Shown in pieces: positions 25,919-35,302 of a stretch of DNA of 64,000 bases; the stretch's first letter is position 1; every line of letters begins with the position of its first letter. A program made the translations under genes and the position numbers. Below the pieces are notes generated by a model that made no database searches, was not told the origin of the DNA, and was given only the letters and a program-made list of their open reading frames with translations. This DNA is from an uncultured Acidobacteriota bacterium (GTDB taxonomy: Bacteria > Acidobacteriota > Vicinamibacteria > Fen-336): the NCBI GenBank assembly GCA_963720545.1, contig OY970399.1:3648001-3712000 (forward strand), read 5' to 3'.

Positions 25919-28159
25919 TCAGTTGAGGAGGTCGAAGAGGCGGGAGAACTTGACGGTCACCACCCGGTCCTGTACCGGCCAGCGGCTCGTGAAGCTGTCG
26001 CGCGACTCGTTGTAGACGACGAACAGGCCGGTATTCGCGCTCTGCAGCCAGCCGAACCGCAGGTTGGTGGAGAAGCGGTCGTCCACGTCGTTGTACTGGA
26101 TCAGCGCCTGCACGAACACCCGCGGCGAGAACGAGTAGGAAACCCGGGTGCGCAGCAGGTTCACGGTGAAGTCGCCCGCCGGCAGCGAGACATCGTTCAG
26201 GGTGTGGCTGACGTCGAGGCTCAGGTCCTTGCCGAGCCGCGCCTTGCCGGTGGTCGTGAGCGAGTTGTTGTGCCCGCCGAAGAAGCCGCCGGACACGAAG
26301 AACTCGCTGGCGCTTAGTGGCTTGCCCTGATCGGTGAAGGCGTATAGCTGGAACTCCTTGTGGTCGTATCGGCCGACGGGCACGACGATGCCGGGATGGA
26401 TCTCGAACGGTGTTTGCACCCCTTCGTGGGTGACGTTCATGGCCGTGTGGATCTCGGCGCCATTGCTCCAGGCGAAGTGGTTGTCAACGTGCGCGAACCC
26501 GCTTTCGTAGTAGCCGCCCGGCTTGAAGTACCCGGTGTAGGAGACATGCGGCCGGATTTCGAACAAGCCCAGGGGGCCGTTCGTCAATCGCTTCTGACGG
26601 AACACGAGGAACGAAGGCTTGCGGTAGCCGGCGCGGCTCAGGAAACCGGCCTCGGGATTGAAGTGCTCTTCCACCTGCGCGTACCTGGCGAAGATGTCCC
26701 ACCCGGGGCTCAGGTACTCGACGCCGGCATAATAGGCACCCTGGCCGCCCGCGACGCCGGGTGTGCGGGTGATGGCCGCCCAGCCGTCGGCCAGCGTGTA
26801 GCGGCCGATGCCGACGCGCCCGTCCACGGCGAAGGTTCGGTTCCAGTTGTCGTCGCCCGCAAGGCTGCCCGTGGCCTGGCGGTTCACGAACAACGCGCCA
26901 AAGCCAGAGCGGTTCTCGAGCTCCCTGCCGAAGCGGGCGACCGTGAAGTTGTTGGCTGGCAAGGCGGTGCCGCCGCCGCGGACATCGCTCGTCTGCATGT
27001 TGAGGAGCCCGACGTTGAAGCCGGCGATCCGGCCGGAGAGCCGCGCGCCGCCGCGGATCGGCACCACCTCGCCGCCCGGCCCGATGCCGATGCGCCGCGA
27101 GAAGAACAGTTCGACCTCGGTGGGCGTACCGGCGGCGAACAGCCCGGCGTTCTCGAGGAAGAACGGCCGCTTCTCCGGGAAGAACAGGTTGAAGCGGTTG
27201 AGGTTCACCTGCTCTTCGTCCACCTCGACCTGCGCGAAGTCGGTGTTCACGGTCGCGTCGAGCGTGAGGCTCGGCGTGAGCGAATACTTGAGGTCGCCGC
27301 CGACGTCGCCGGTCTCGGCGCGCCGTCCGCCGCTCTGGTAATCGCGCGTCGCGCGGCCGAGAGCGTAAGGCGAAACCTTCAGGTTTTTCTGCGGCTCGAG
27401 TTCGAGGCCCTGCAGCACGCCCGCCTGCGAAACCCGGTAGAGGTTGTATTGGCGAGTGAGCGGCGCCCAGTACGCGGTCTCGTTGCGGCGGCGGATGTTA
27501 CGCTGGAAATTGAGGCCCCACGCCTGCGTGCCGCCACCGGCATAGCGCAGCGTGCGGAAGGGAATTGCGAACTCCGCGCTCCAGCCGAACTCGCCGCGCA
27601 GCGCCTTCACCTGCCAGGCCGCATCCCAGTTGAGGTTGTAGCCGCCGCCGGCACCCGTCTGCTGGAACGTGCTGTTGGGTGCTTGCTGCCCCTCGCGGGT
27701 CAACTGGCCGTCGTGCTCGAGCGCGTTCGGGTTGGTGGCGAAGACGAACCCGTTCTGGCCGTCGTGATAAGTGTCGAGGACCATCTGGAAGCTGTCGCCG
27801 TCGTCGAGTGGCGCGTCGCGGCGGCTCTGCGCGACCACGATGCGCTCCGGCTCGCGATCGTGGCAGACGACGCCGACGTAAAGCGTGTCGGCTGTGTAGA
27901 GGATGCGGACATCGGTCTTCTCGGACGCCGGACGGCCTTCCTCTGGCGCTGTCTGCCAGAAATCGGAGAGTACTGGCGCGACGGCCCAGGCCGGGTCGTC
28001 GAGGACGTTGCCGTCGATCGCCGGCGGCGCCTGGGCGCGCACCGCCCGGGCTATCGGCCGTTCAACGGGCGGGGTTGCCGCCCCCGGCGGCGGCGCCACG
28101 GGCGCCTGCAGGGAAGCGACGGCGGCCAGTGCCAGTGCGGCGTTCGTGAAGGTCGGCAT
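25919..28159 (-). CDS. CBM9-like plus DUF5916-type outer-membrane protein
   Basis: Signal peptide; P.IDG..DD..W, WSAEFAIPF.TLRY, NTDFAQVE.D and FFPEKRPFFLE motifs; beta-barrel-like C-terminus. Confidence 0.88.
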   Translation of the reverse strand: MPTFTNAALALAAVASLQAPVAPPPGAATPPVERPIARAVRAQAPPAIDGNVLDDPAWAVAPVLSDFWQTAPEEGRPASEKTDVRILYTADTLYVGVVCHDREPERIVVAQSRRDAPLDDGDSFQMVLDTYHDGQNGFVFATNPNALEHDGQLTREGQQAPNSTFQQTGAGGGYNLNWDAAWQVKALRGEFGWSAEFAIPFRTLRYAGGGTQAWGLNFQRNIRRRNETAYWAPLTRQYNLYRVSQAGVLQGLELEPQKNLKVSPYALGRATRDYQSGGRRAETGDVGGDLKYSLTPSLTLDATVNTDFAQVEVDEEQVNLNRFNLFFPEKRPFFLENAGLFAAGTPTEVELFFSRRIGIGPGGEVVPIRGGARLSGRIAGFNVGLLNMQTSDVRGGGTALPANNFTVARFGRELENRSGFGALFVNRQATGSLAGDDNWNRTFAVDGRVGIGRYTLADGWAAITRTPGVAGGQGAYYAGVEYLSPGWDIFARYAQVEEHFNPEAGFLSRAGYRKPSFLVFRQKRLTNGPLGLFEIRPHVSYTGYFKPGGYYESGFAHVDNHFAWSNGAEIHTAMNVTHEGVQTPFEIHPGIVVPVGRYDHKEFQLYAFTDQGKPLSASEFFVSGGFFGGHNNSLTTTGKARLGKDLSLDVSHTLNDVSLPAGDFTVNLLRTRVSYSFSPRVFVQALIQYNDVDDRFSTNLRFGWLQSANTGLFVVYNESRDSFTSRWPVQDRVVTVKFSRLFDLLN

Positions 28160-28174
28160 GCAGGGGGCCGCGCA

Positions 28175-29074
28175 TTATAACGGTCCCCTCGTGGTTCCCG
28201 AGCGCAGTCGCCGCAGCAGCTTGACGAAATCGGCGGGCCAGGGGCTTTCGAGCAGCAGTTCGGCGCCGGTCGCCGGGTGGCGGAAGCCGAGCGTGTGCGC
28301 GTGCAGCATCGGCCGGGCCACCTTGATGCCCGGCAGGCCCGCCGCATCGCGGCCATAGACGTTGTCGCCGGCGACCGGCAGGCCGATGTGGGCGAGGTGG
28401 ATGCGGATCTGGTGCTGGCGGCCGGTGGCAAGCGTCACGTCCAGCAGGCTGGCGGCGCCCAGGTCCTCGACCACGCGCCATTGAGTGATCGCGTCGCGCG
28501 CAGCCTCCCCGTCGCGCGCCACGGCGCGGCGCCCGGAGATGTAGGCATCGCGGATCGGCTTGTTGACGACGCCCGACAGGGCGCCCGGTGCGCCCACGAC
28601 GATGGCGCCGTAGTGGCGCACGATGCGATGGGCGCGGAACAGCGAGCGCAGGCCGGTGCGGGTCGGCGCGTCGAGCGCAAACACCAGCGCGCCCGAGGTG
28701 CCGCGGTCGATGCGGTGCACCGCGCCGACGAACGGCGGCCTGCGGCCGGGATTGCCGAGGTCGCGCAGCAGCCGGCGCAGGACCGAGTCTTCGTTGACGG
28801 CATCCGGGTCCGTCGGCACCGACAACAACCCCGCCGGCTTGTCCACCACCAGCAGGTGCTCGTCGCGGTAGAGGACCGGCAGGCTGATGCGGCGCTTCAC
28901 GGCTGCCTTGCGGTTCACGTCCCACGTCACGTTGGCGTCGTCCGCCACCATGGCACCCGGCTCGTCGACGGTGCTGCCAGAGACGCTCACCTGGCCCTTG
29001 GTGATTGCGTCCTGCGCCTTGCGGCGCGAGAGCCCGGGATTGCGGGCGATGAGGGCCACGTCGAGCCGCCTCAT
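28175..29074 (-). CDS. RluA/RluD-family pseudouridine synthase with S4 domain
   Basis: RLD..., VDKPAGL, VHRIDRGTSG, TGRQHQIR.H and MLHA motifs. Confidence 0.95.
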   Translation of the reverse strand: MRRLDVALIARNPGLSRRKAQDAITKGQVSVSGSTVDEPGAMVADDANVTWDVNRKAAVKRRISLPVLYRDEHLLVVDKPAGLLSVPTDPDAVNEDSVLRRLLRDLGNPGRRPPFVGAVHRIDRGTSGALVFALDAPTRTGLRSLFRAHRIVRHYGAIVVGAPGALSGVVNKPIRDAYISGRRAVARDGEAARDAITQWRVVEDLGAASLLDVTLATGRQHQIRIHLAHIGLPVAGDNVYGRDAAGLPGIKVARPMLHAHTLGFRHPATGAELLLESPWPADFVKLLRRLRSGTTRGPL

Positions 29075-29913
29075 CGCGCCCTGCGAGTTGCCGTGCGCGG
29101 GCGGCGCGCGGCTTCGCCTTCGGGTGGCTCGTGATAGTTCACCCCGGTGACGCCGAGACTCTCGTCCCAGGCAGCCGGATCCTGGCCGAAGTAGGTCGCG
29201 AGCAGGGAGTAGAGCGCGGCGCTGCTGCGGCGCAGGGCGATGGGCCGCTCGAAGAACGCCTCCACCGCCACCGGGAAGAACTCTGCCGGGTCGTCGCCCG
29301 CGTACGGGTCGAGCACCGAGTCCTCGCGGTCGAGCCGGCGCGTCTCCTCGTCGGCCAGCCGCTGCCACTCGCGCGCGCTCGCGGCGATGGCGCCGCCGGG
29401 CACGCTGCGGATGCCGTCCGTGTCGAGGTTCAGCAGGTGCGCGAACTCGTGCAGGCCGACGTGGAAGCCGTCCTCGGGGCAGGCGAAGCTGTGGGCCAGG
29501 GACGGCGCCGACAGCAGGACCGTGCCCCACGGATGCGCGAGGCCGGCGAACTCCGGGTAGTCGCTGCGGTAATCGCGGCCGAAGTCGTCGGCGTAGACCA
29601 GCACTTCGGTGAGCTGGCGCCACTCGTAGTCGGGCCACATGAGGCTCAGCGAGACCGCGGAGGCGGCGACCTGGAGCCGCACCACGTCGTCGAGCTCGAA
29701 GGAGATGCCGCTGATGCGCTTCTGCACGAGGAAGACCGCGACGTCGCGGTCGAAGCGCTCGCGCAGGGCCGGGCTCAGGCGGCGATAGTGATGGTAGCCG
29801 CCCAGCAGCCAGCGCCGCGCACCGGGGTTCGCCTCGGGCGGCCTGTCATTGTCTTTCGCGTGCGCGCCGACCGCCGCGGCCAGGCGATCGCGCAGCCGCC
29901 GCCGGACCTTCAC
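29071..29913 (-). CDS. mtfA: MtfA-family zinc peptidase (M90)
   Basis: HEFAHLL, DPYA..PAEFF.V.VEAFFERP and YF.QDP motifs. Confidence 0.88.
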   Translation of the reverse strand: MKVRRRLRDRLAAAVGAHAKDNDRPPEANPGARRWLLGGYHHYRRLSPALRERFDRDVAVFLVQKRISGISFELDDVVRLQVAASAVSLSLMWPDYEWRQLTEVLVYADDFGRDYRSDYPEFAGLAHPWGTVLLSAPSLAHSFACPEDGFHVGLHEFAHLLNLDTDGIRSVPGGAIAASAREWQRLADEETRRLDREDSVLDPYAGDDPAEFFPVAVEAFFERPIALRRSSAALYSLLATYFGQDPAAWDESLGVTGVNYHEPPEGEAARRPRTATRRAR

Positions 29914-29920
29914 CTCGGGC

Positions 29921-30886
29921 TCACTGGTAGAGCCCGGCGATTCGCGCCAGCACCGGGGAGCCGATGTTACCGCCTGAGACGATCGCCGCCGTGGTTCCGC
30001 GCAGCGCCACCCGGCCGGCGCGGATCGCGGCGATTCCCAGCGCACCAGCACCTTCGGCCACCACGTGATCCTCCATCAGCAGCGCCATCACCGCATCTTC
30101 GAGCTCGGCCTCGCTGACGATGACCTCCTCGTCGATGAGGTGGCGGTGCGTGAACGCCATCAGTCCGATGCCGCCGGCGACGCCGTCCGCGATCGTCGGT
30201 CCCGCCGGGTACTCGAGGAGCGCGCGGCCCTGGCGCAGGGATTCGCGCAGCGACGGCGAAGCCTCGGCCTGCACCGCGACGATGCGCACATCGGGACGGA
30301 TCGCCTTGGCCGCTGTGGCAACTCCGGCAATCAGGCCGCCGCCGCCGACCGCCACCACCAGCGTGTCGACATCCGGCCGCTCGAGCATGACCTCGAGGCC
30401 GGCAGTGCCGGCGCCGGCCGCCGTGCGCGCGTCGTCGTAGGCGTGCACGAAGGTGGCGCCGTGCTGCGCGCAGAAGGCGAGCGCCTGCGCCTGCGTCTCC
30501 TCGTACGTGCCGTCTATCAGCTCGATCTGCACGGGATAGGCGCGCAGGCGCTCCACCTTGGACTGGGGCGCCGAGCGCGGCACGAACAGCGTCGCCTCGA
30601 CCGCGAGCCGCAGCGACGCCACGGCATTCGCGACGCCGAGCGCGTGATTGCCGGCCGAGGCGGCGACCAGGCCGCGCTGCAGCTCCGCCGCGGACAGCGA
30701 GGCGATCAGGTTGAGGGCGCCGCGCACCTTGAAGGAGCCGGTCGGCTGCCAGCATTCGAGCTTCAGGAGCACCGTTCCCTTGCCGGCGCTGCGCGCCGGG
30801 CGCAGCGGCGTCTTCTGCAGGTGCGGCGCCAGCGTGCGCGCGGCCCGCAGCACGTCGTCAAACGAAAAAGCGAGGTTCGTGGTCAC
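29921..30886 (-). CDS. Threonine/serine dehydratase family PLP enzyme
   Basis: KLECWQPTGSFKVRGA, SAGNH, VGGGGL and SGGN motifs. Confidence 0.93.
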   Translation of the reverse strand: MTTNLAFSFDDVLRAARTLAPHLQKTPLRPARSAGKGTVLLKLECWQPTGSFKVRGALNLIASLSAAELQRGLVAASAGNHALGVANAVASLRLAVEATLFVPRSAPQSKVERLRAYPVQIELIDGTYEETQAQALAFCAQHGATFVHAYDDARTAAGAGTAGLEVMLERPDVDTLVVAVGGGGLIAGVATAAKAIRPDVRIVAVQAEASPSLRESLRQGRALLEYPAGPTIADGVAGGIGLMAFTHRHLIDEEVIVSEAELEDAVMALLMEDHVVAEGAGALGIAAIRAGRVALRGTTAAIVSGGNIGSPVLARIAGLYQ

Positions 30887-30902
30887 GTCACCGTCCTTGT
30901 CG

Positions 30903-33734
30903 TCAAGCATCCTGCGGCGCGCCGGCGACCACCGAATCGACCCGCGGCTCGCCGCAATGCGCGGCGATCGCGTCGGCCACCCGGTCGCGCAGGGTCACGA
31001 CATCGGAAAAAGCCGTCCCGCCGGGAGCGATCGGCGCCCCGACCCACAGGCTAACCGGCCTGCGCTTCAGGAAGATGCTGCCGTCGCGCAGCACCGAGCG
31101 CGAGCCGCGCAGCGCGATGGGAACCACACTGATGCCGCGCTCGGCGGCGATCTTGAAGGCGCCGAGCCTGAACGGACGCAGGCCCTCGGCGGCGGTGAAG
31201 GTCGCCTCGGGAAACAGCAGCACCCGCTCGCCCGCGGCCAGCGCCTCGCCCACGCGCGCCGCCGCCGCCACGCCCTGCGCGGCGTCGCCGCGATCGACGG
31301 TGAGGTGGCCGGCACGGCGCAGGAACCGCCCCACGAGCGGGTAGCCGAGCACCTCGCGCTTGGCGAGGAACACGAACGGCTGCGGTATCAGGGCACGCAG
31401 CAGCGGGATGTCCACGTACGAGGTGTGATTGCTCGCGAGCATCAACGGCCCGCTGCCGCGCAGGTGCTCGAGCCCTTCTGCGCGGACAGGCACTCCCGAC
31501 ATGAAAACCGCGTACCGCAAGGCCGCCCGCTCCATCCACTGCGCGAAGCGCCTGCTCGGCACGAGCACCACGAGCGGCCAGATGACGAGCGCCACGAGCG
31601 CGAAGGCGAGTGCGAGATAGGTGGTGTAGGCGGCGTCGGCGAACAGCGCCCAACGGACACGCACCGCCGCGCGCGCCGCGCCGAGCCCCAGCCGCAACCG
31701 GTCGCCCGCGCCAAGCCGCTCGCTGCGGCCGAGCGTGCCGGCCTCGTACAGGTCGCGGGTTGCGGCGCGCCGGATCTTGCCGCTCGAGGTCTTGGGCACG
31801 GCGCCCGGCGGCACCAGCAGCACGACGTCGGGAGGGAAGCCGACGACGAGATCCACCTGCTCGCGCACCGCCGCCTCGATCCGCTGGCGCGCGTCGTCGC
31901 CCGCGCGCAGCTCGCGGCTCTCCGCGACCACCACCAGCGACTCGGTGCCCTGCTGTTCGTTCGCGACGCCGAACGCAACCACGCAGCCGCGGCGCACACC
32001 CGCCGCGTTGCCGGCCGCCTCCTCGACCTCGTGCGGCACCACATTGCGTCCACCCTTGATGATGAGGTCCTTGCGGCGTCCGGCGATATGGATCTCGCCA
32101 TCCGCCATGTAGGCGAGGTCGCCGCTGTCGAGCCAGCCGCCCGGCAGGCTGATCGCCTGGGTCGCTTCGGGCTTCTTGTAGTAGCCGGCGGTCATCGACG
32201 GGCCGCGGAACAAAAGCCGGCCGAGGCGGCGCTCGGCGAGCGGCTCGCCCGCGTCGTCCACCACCAGCACTTCGTGCTCGGGAATCGGCGCGCCTTCGGA
32301 CGCGAACTGCAGCGCGCGGGCGTCGCCGTCCGCGGCCGGCACCGCGCGGCCCTCCGCCACGAACGGCGCGCGCGCGATGCGGTCGATGCGGGCGCCGCGG
32401 CCGGGCGGCGGGATGCTGAGCGCCACCGAGTTCTCGGCCAGGCCGTAGACCGGCAGCAGCGCCTCGCGGCGAAAGCCGTAGGCGGCGAAGCGCGCGGCGA
32501 AGCGCTCGAGCGTGCCCGGGCTCACGGGCTCGGCGCCGTTCAGCGCGCAGCGCCAGGAGCTGAGGTCGAGCCCCTCGATGTCGGCGTCACGGATCTTGCG
32601 CAGGCACAGCTCGTAGGCGAAGTTGGGCGCCGCCGAAAGCGTGCCGCGCCGGCGGTGGATAGCCCACAGCCAGCGCTCCGGCCGCACCAGGAAGGACAGT
32701 GGCGACTGGATGTCGATGGGCAGCCCGCGGCACATGCAGAAGAGCCACGAGCCGATCAGGCCCATGTCGTGATAGAGCGGCAGCCAACTGACGCCGACGT
32801 CGTCGGGCCGCGCCCGAAGTGCCTTACCGATGCCGCGGATGTTCGCGAGCAGGTTGTCGTGACTGAGCAGCACCCCCTTGGGCGCGCCGGTGCTGCCGGA
32901 GGTGTACTGGATGAACGCGTCGTCGCCGCCCCTGGCGTCGAACGACTCCAGCGGGCGGGCCGTGGCTGCCAGCTGCTCGACGGTGACGATGTGGCGCAGG
33001 CTCGCGACCCGCGAGCGCAGTACCTCGGCCACCGGCACCGCGCGCGCCACCGTGATGAGCACCGCGGCCGAAGCGTCGGCCAGGATCGCCGACTGCCGCT
33101 CGAGGTACTCGCGCAGACGGTCGAGCCGCGCCGGCGGATAGATGGGCACCGGCACGGCGCCGGCCGCCAGGATTCCCTGGAAGGCGCCGAGGAACGCGCT
33201 GCCGGTGGGCAGCATGAGCGCCACGGTGTCGCCGCGCCGCACGCCGCGCTCGCGCAGGCCGCCGCCGATGTTGCGGGCGAGGTTCAGCAAGTCGAGGTAG
33301 GTGAGCGTCTTCTCGGGACCGTCGTCCTCGCGCATGTAGACGTGCGGCCGGTCCGGTGTCGCTTCCGCACGGCGCTGCAGCGCGTCGCAAATGGAGGTGA
33401 AGCCGGTCATCTCGGTCGCAGGGCCCACGCCTGCGACCGGTGCTGCCTGGCCCGGGCCGGTGCCGCCGGCAGCGGCAGCGCCGGCGTCATCGACCGGGCT
33501 CGCGTCGAGCGCGTCGGCCAGCTCGCGCGGCGTGTCGGCGCGCAGCAGCGACTCGTCGAGCCGGCGTTCGAAAGCGCCTTCGAGCCGCGACAGGAGCTCG
33601 GCGCGCTCGAGGCTGCCGAGGCCCAGCTCGCGCTCGAGCGAGATCTCCGGGCGGATGTCGGGAGCGCGCACGCCGGTGGTCTCGCGTGACAGCGCCGCGA
33701 CGATGTCCATGACCCTGGTCAGGGCGTCCGCCAT
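30903..33734 (-). CDS. ACP - fatty acyl-AMP ligase - PlsC-like acyltransferase fusion
   Basis: ACP LGLGSL; QYTSGST..PKG, WLPLYHDMGLIG, YGLAE, DSGDL and PKTSSGK motifs; acyltransferase NHTSYVD and FPEAT. Confidence 0.92.
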   Translation of the reverse strand: MADALTRVMDIVAALSRETTGVRAPDIRPEISLERELGLGSLERAELLSRLEGAFERRLDESLLRADTPRELADALDASPVDDAGAAAAGGTGPGQAAPVAGVGPATEMTGFTSICDALQRRAEATPDRPHVYMREDDGPEKTLTYLDLLNLARNIGGGLRERGVRRGDTVALMLPTGSAFLGAFQGILAAGAVPVPIYPPARLDRLREYLERQSAILADASAAVLITVARAVPVAEVLRSRVASLRHIVTVEQLAATARPLESFDARGGDDAFIQYTSGSTGAPKGVLLSHDNLLANIRGIGKALRARPDDVGVSWLPLYHDMGLIGSWLFCMCRGLPIDIQSPLSFLVRPERWLWAIHRRRGTLSAAPNFAYELCLRKIRDADIEGLDLSSWRCALNGAEPVSPGTLERFAARFAAYGFRREALLPVYGLAENSVALSIPPPGRGARIDRIARAPFVAEGRAVPAADGDARALQFASEGAPIPEHEVLVVDDAGEPLAERRLGRLLFRGPSMTAGYYKKPEATQAISLPGGWLDSGDLAYMADGEIHIAGRRKDLIIKGGRNVVPHEVEEAAGNAAGVRRGCVVAFGVANEQQGTESLVVVAESRELRAGDDARQRIEAAVREQVDLVVGFPPDVVLLVPPGAVPKTSSGKIRRAATRDLYEAGTLGRSERLGAGDRLRLGLGAARAAVRVRWALFADAAYTTYLALAFALVALVIWPLVVLVPSRRFAQWMERAALRYAVFMSGVPVRAEGLEHLRGSGPLMLASNHTSYVDIPLLRALIPQPFVFLAKREVLGYPLVGRFLRRAGHLTVDRGDAAQGVAAAARVGEALAAGERVLLFPEATFTAAEGLRPFRLGAFKIAAERGISVVPIALRGSRSVLRDGSIFLKRRPVSLWVGAPIAPGGTAFSDVVTLRDRVADAIAAHCGEPRVDSVVAGAPQDA

Positions 33735-33749
33735 GGGAGAATGCTACCC

Positions 33750-33977
33750 GTGCTGCAAGTCGTGACGCGCCGCGAGATCGAGCGCGTCCTCGAAATTACC
33801 GACCGGCTGGGGATTCACCGCGAATCGGTGGCGATTCCGCTCGGCCCGCGGCATCCAGGCCGTGTCAGGCGCATGCCGAACGGCAAGTTCGAGATCGTGG
33901 TGGAGCAGCAGGACGACCTCGACGGCTGGCTCGTGGTGCTGGAGGCCGAGCTGCAGCGGTTGCTCGCCACCCCGTAG
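33750..33977 (+). CDS. Small hypothetical protein
   Basis: Protein-like ORF filling the gap. GAGAAT lies 7 nt before the GTG. Confidence 0.65.
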   Translation: MLQVVTRREIERVLEITDRLGIHRESVAIPLGPRHPGRVRRMPNGKFEIVVEQQDDLDGWLVVLEAELQRLLATP

Positions 33978-33982
33978 GCGCC

Positions 33983-34036
33983 AAAAAATCAGGGGCGCGG
34001 CCCGCGGCGGCCGTCAGGCCCCGTGGTTCGCGCCCC
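33983..34036. terminator. Probable terminator between convergent genes
   Basis: GGGGCGCG...CGCGCCCC extended hairpin with an A6 run on its left (U-tract on the minus strand). Confidence 0.6.
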
Positions 34037-34086
34037 GTCACCGTCAAGGGACGAAAAACTGTTCTGTGCGTCCTCGGACTCTCGGA

Positions 34087-34365
34087 CTAGAGGACGGCGT
34101 CCTTCGCGGCCTTCGCCACCACGAACTTCAGGCGGCGGCGGGCCGGGATCTTGATGGCTTCGCCAGTCTGCGGGTTGCGGCCCATGCGCGCCTTGTACTG
34201 ACGGACCACGAGCTTGCCGATGCCCGGGATCACGAAGCCGTTCTTGGCCTCCTTGTAGGCCAGCGCAGCGAGCGCCTCGAAGAAACCAGCGGACGTCTTC
34301 TTGGGAACGTCCACCTTTTCCGCCAACGCTGCCACGATCTTCGCCTTGGTCATCTGCTTCGCCAT
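34087..34365 (-). CDS. hup: HU family DNA-binding protein
   Basis: IPGIGKL and ARMGRNPQTGEAIKIPA motifs; RBS GGAGG. Confidence 0.97.
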   Translation of the reverse strand: MAKQMTKAKIVAALAEKVDVPKKTSAGFFEALAALAYKEAKNGFVIPGIGKLVVRQYKARMGRNPQTGEAIKIPARRRLKFVVAKAAKDAVL

Positions 34366-34434
34366 CGATTCAAACCTCCAGGGACTGTTCGGCCCGTTCG
34401 AGAAACTGCGTTTTGCGTTTTAAAAAGACCGGCC

Positions 34435-34465
34435 ATTGTACATGCGGTTCGCTGGCTGCTGTCAA
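34435..34465 (-). promoter_or_regulatory. Sigma70-like promoter for HU
   Basis: TTGACA-N19-TACAAT on the minus strand; spacer is longer than usual. Confidence 0.55.
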
Positions 34466-34501
34466 GGAGATCCGCACTGCCGCGCACGCGTCCGGGGCGC
34501 G

Positions 34502-34819
34502 CTACTGGCCGTCGGGAACGAGGTAGATGATCTCGCTCGGCTGCGCGAGGCCGAGTTCCTCGCGCGCGATCTTCTCGATCGTCCGCGGGTCGCTGCGCAG
34601 CGCCTGGATCTGTGCGGCGAGCGCCTCGTTCTCCGCGCGCAGCGCCTCTATGTCGCGCGCGAGGGCCGAGGAGCGCGCCTGTTCCTGGCGCAGGTGCAGG
34701 AAGCCGCGGTCGCCGAAGAGGGCGCCGAGCGTCAGGCAGGCGAACACCACGAAAGCGGTGAGCGCCATGGCTTTGCGCCGCAGGGTCTCGTTCCGGGGCC
34801 TGACGGAGGTGGCGGTCAT
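34502..34819 (-). CDS. ftsB: Septum formation initiator FtsB/DivIC
   Basis: TM segment, FGDRG, coiled coil and IEKIAREELGLAQPSE motif. Confidence 0.92.
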   Translation of the reverse strand: MTATSVRPRNETLRRKAMALTAFVVFACLTLGALFGDRGFLHLRQEQARSSALARDIEALRAENEALAAQIQALRSDPRTIEKIAREELGLAQPSEIIYLVPDGQ

Positions 34820-35208
34820 GATGCGAGCCCCAATCGTGCCACGCCTCGCCGCGTCGTGCTGCGCTGGTAGCGCTTGAGCAGCTCGACGAGCTCGGTGTTC
34901 ACCTTCTTCAGGCGGCGCATGCCGAGGCGGAACTCCTTGTAGCGGGCGACCAGCTCGCGCGCCTGCGGCAGCCGCCGTGCGTCGAGGTAGGAGAAGCCGC
35001 TGCGGCCCGTCGAGGCTCCGGAGAGGACGTAGTAGGGGCCGTGCAGGGCGCCGCGCTGGCAGGCGCAAGCCTGCTTGCCGCAGGCCCCGTAGCGCGAGAA
35101 CAGCGACCCCGAGAGCTGCTCGCGCAGGCGCAGCAGGGCGCGCACCAGCGCCCGCTGTTCGGCGAGCTTGACCGATACCTTCTGCCGCAGGGCGTCGCTG
35201 GTTGTCAT
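34816..35208 (-). CDS. DUF6788-like Cys/His protein
   Basis: GSL...Y..CGK.AC.C..G.LHGPYY.LS motif. ATGA overlap with ftsB. Confidence 0.8.
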   Translation of the reverse strand: MTTSDALRQKVSVKLAEQRALVRALLRLREQLSGSLFSRYGACGKQACACQRGALHGPYYVLSGASTGRSGFSYLDARRLPQARELVARYKEFRLGMRRLKKVNTELVELLKRYQRSTTRRGVARLGLAS

Positions 35209-35213
35209 TTCCT

Positions 35214-35274
35214 GTCTTACAGTGAAATGTATTTAAAACGCTGTAAGACTATTCATGCGGCAGCGCCTTGTCAA
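35214..35274 (-). promoter_or_regulatory. Sigma70 promoter with overlapping inverted repeat
   Basis: TTGACA (35274-35269)-N17-TAGTCT (35251-35246). GTCTTACAG-N18-CTGTAAGAC at 35214-35249. Confidence 0.75.
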
Positions 35275-35302
35275 CCGCGTTCTGCGCTTCTAAAGTGTTG
35301 GC

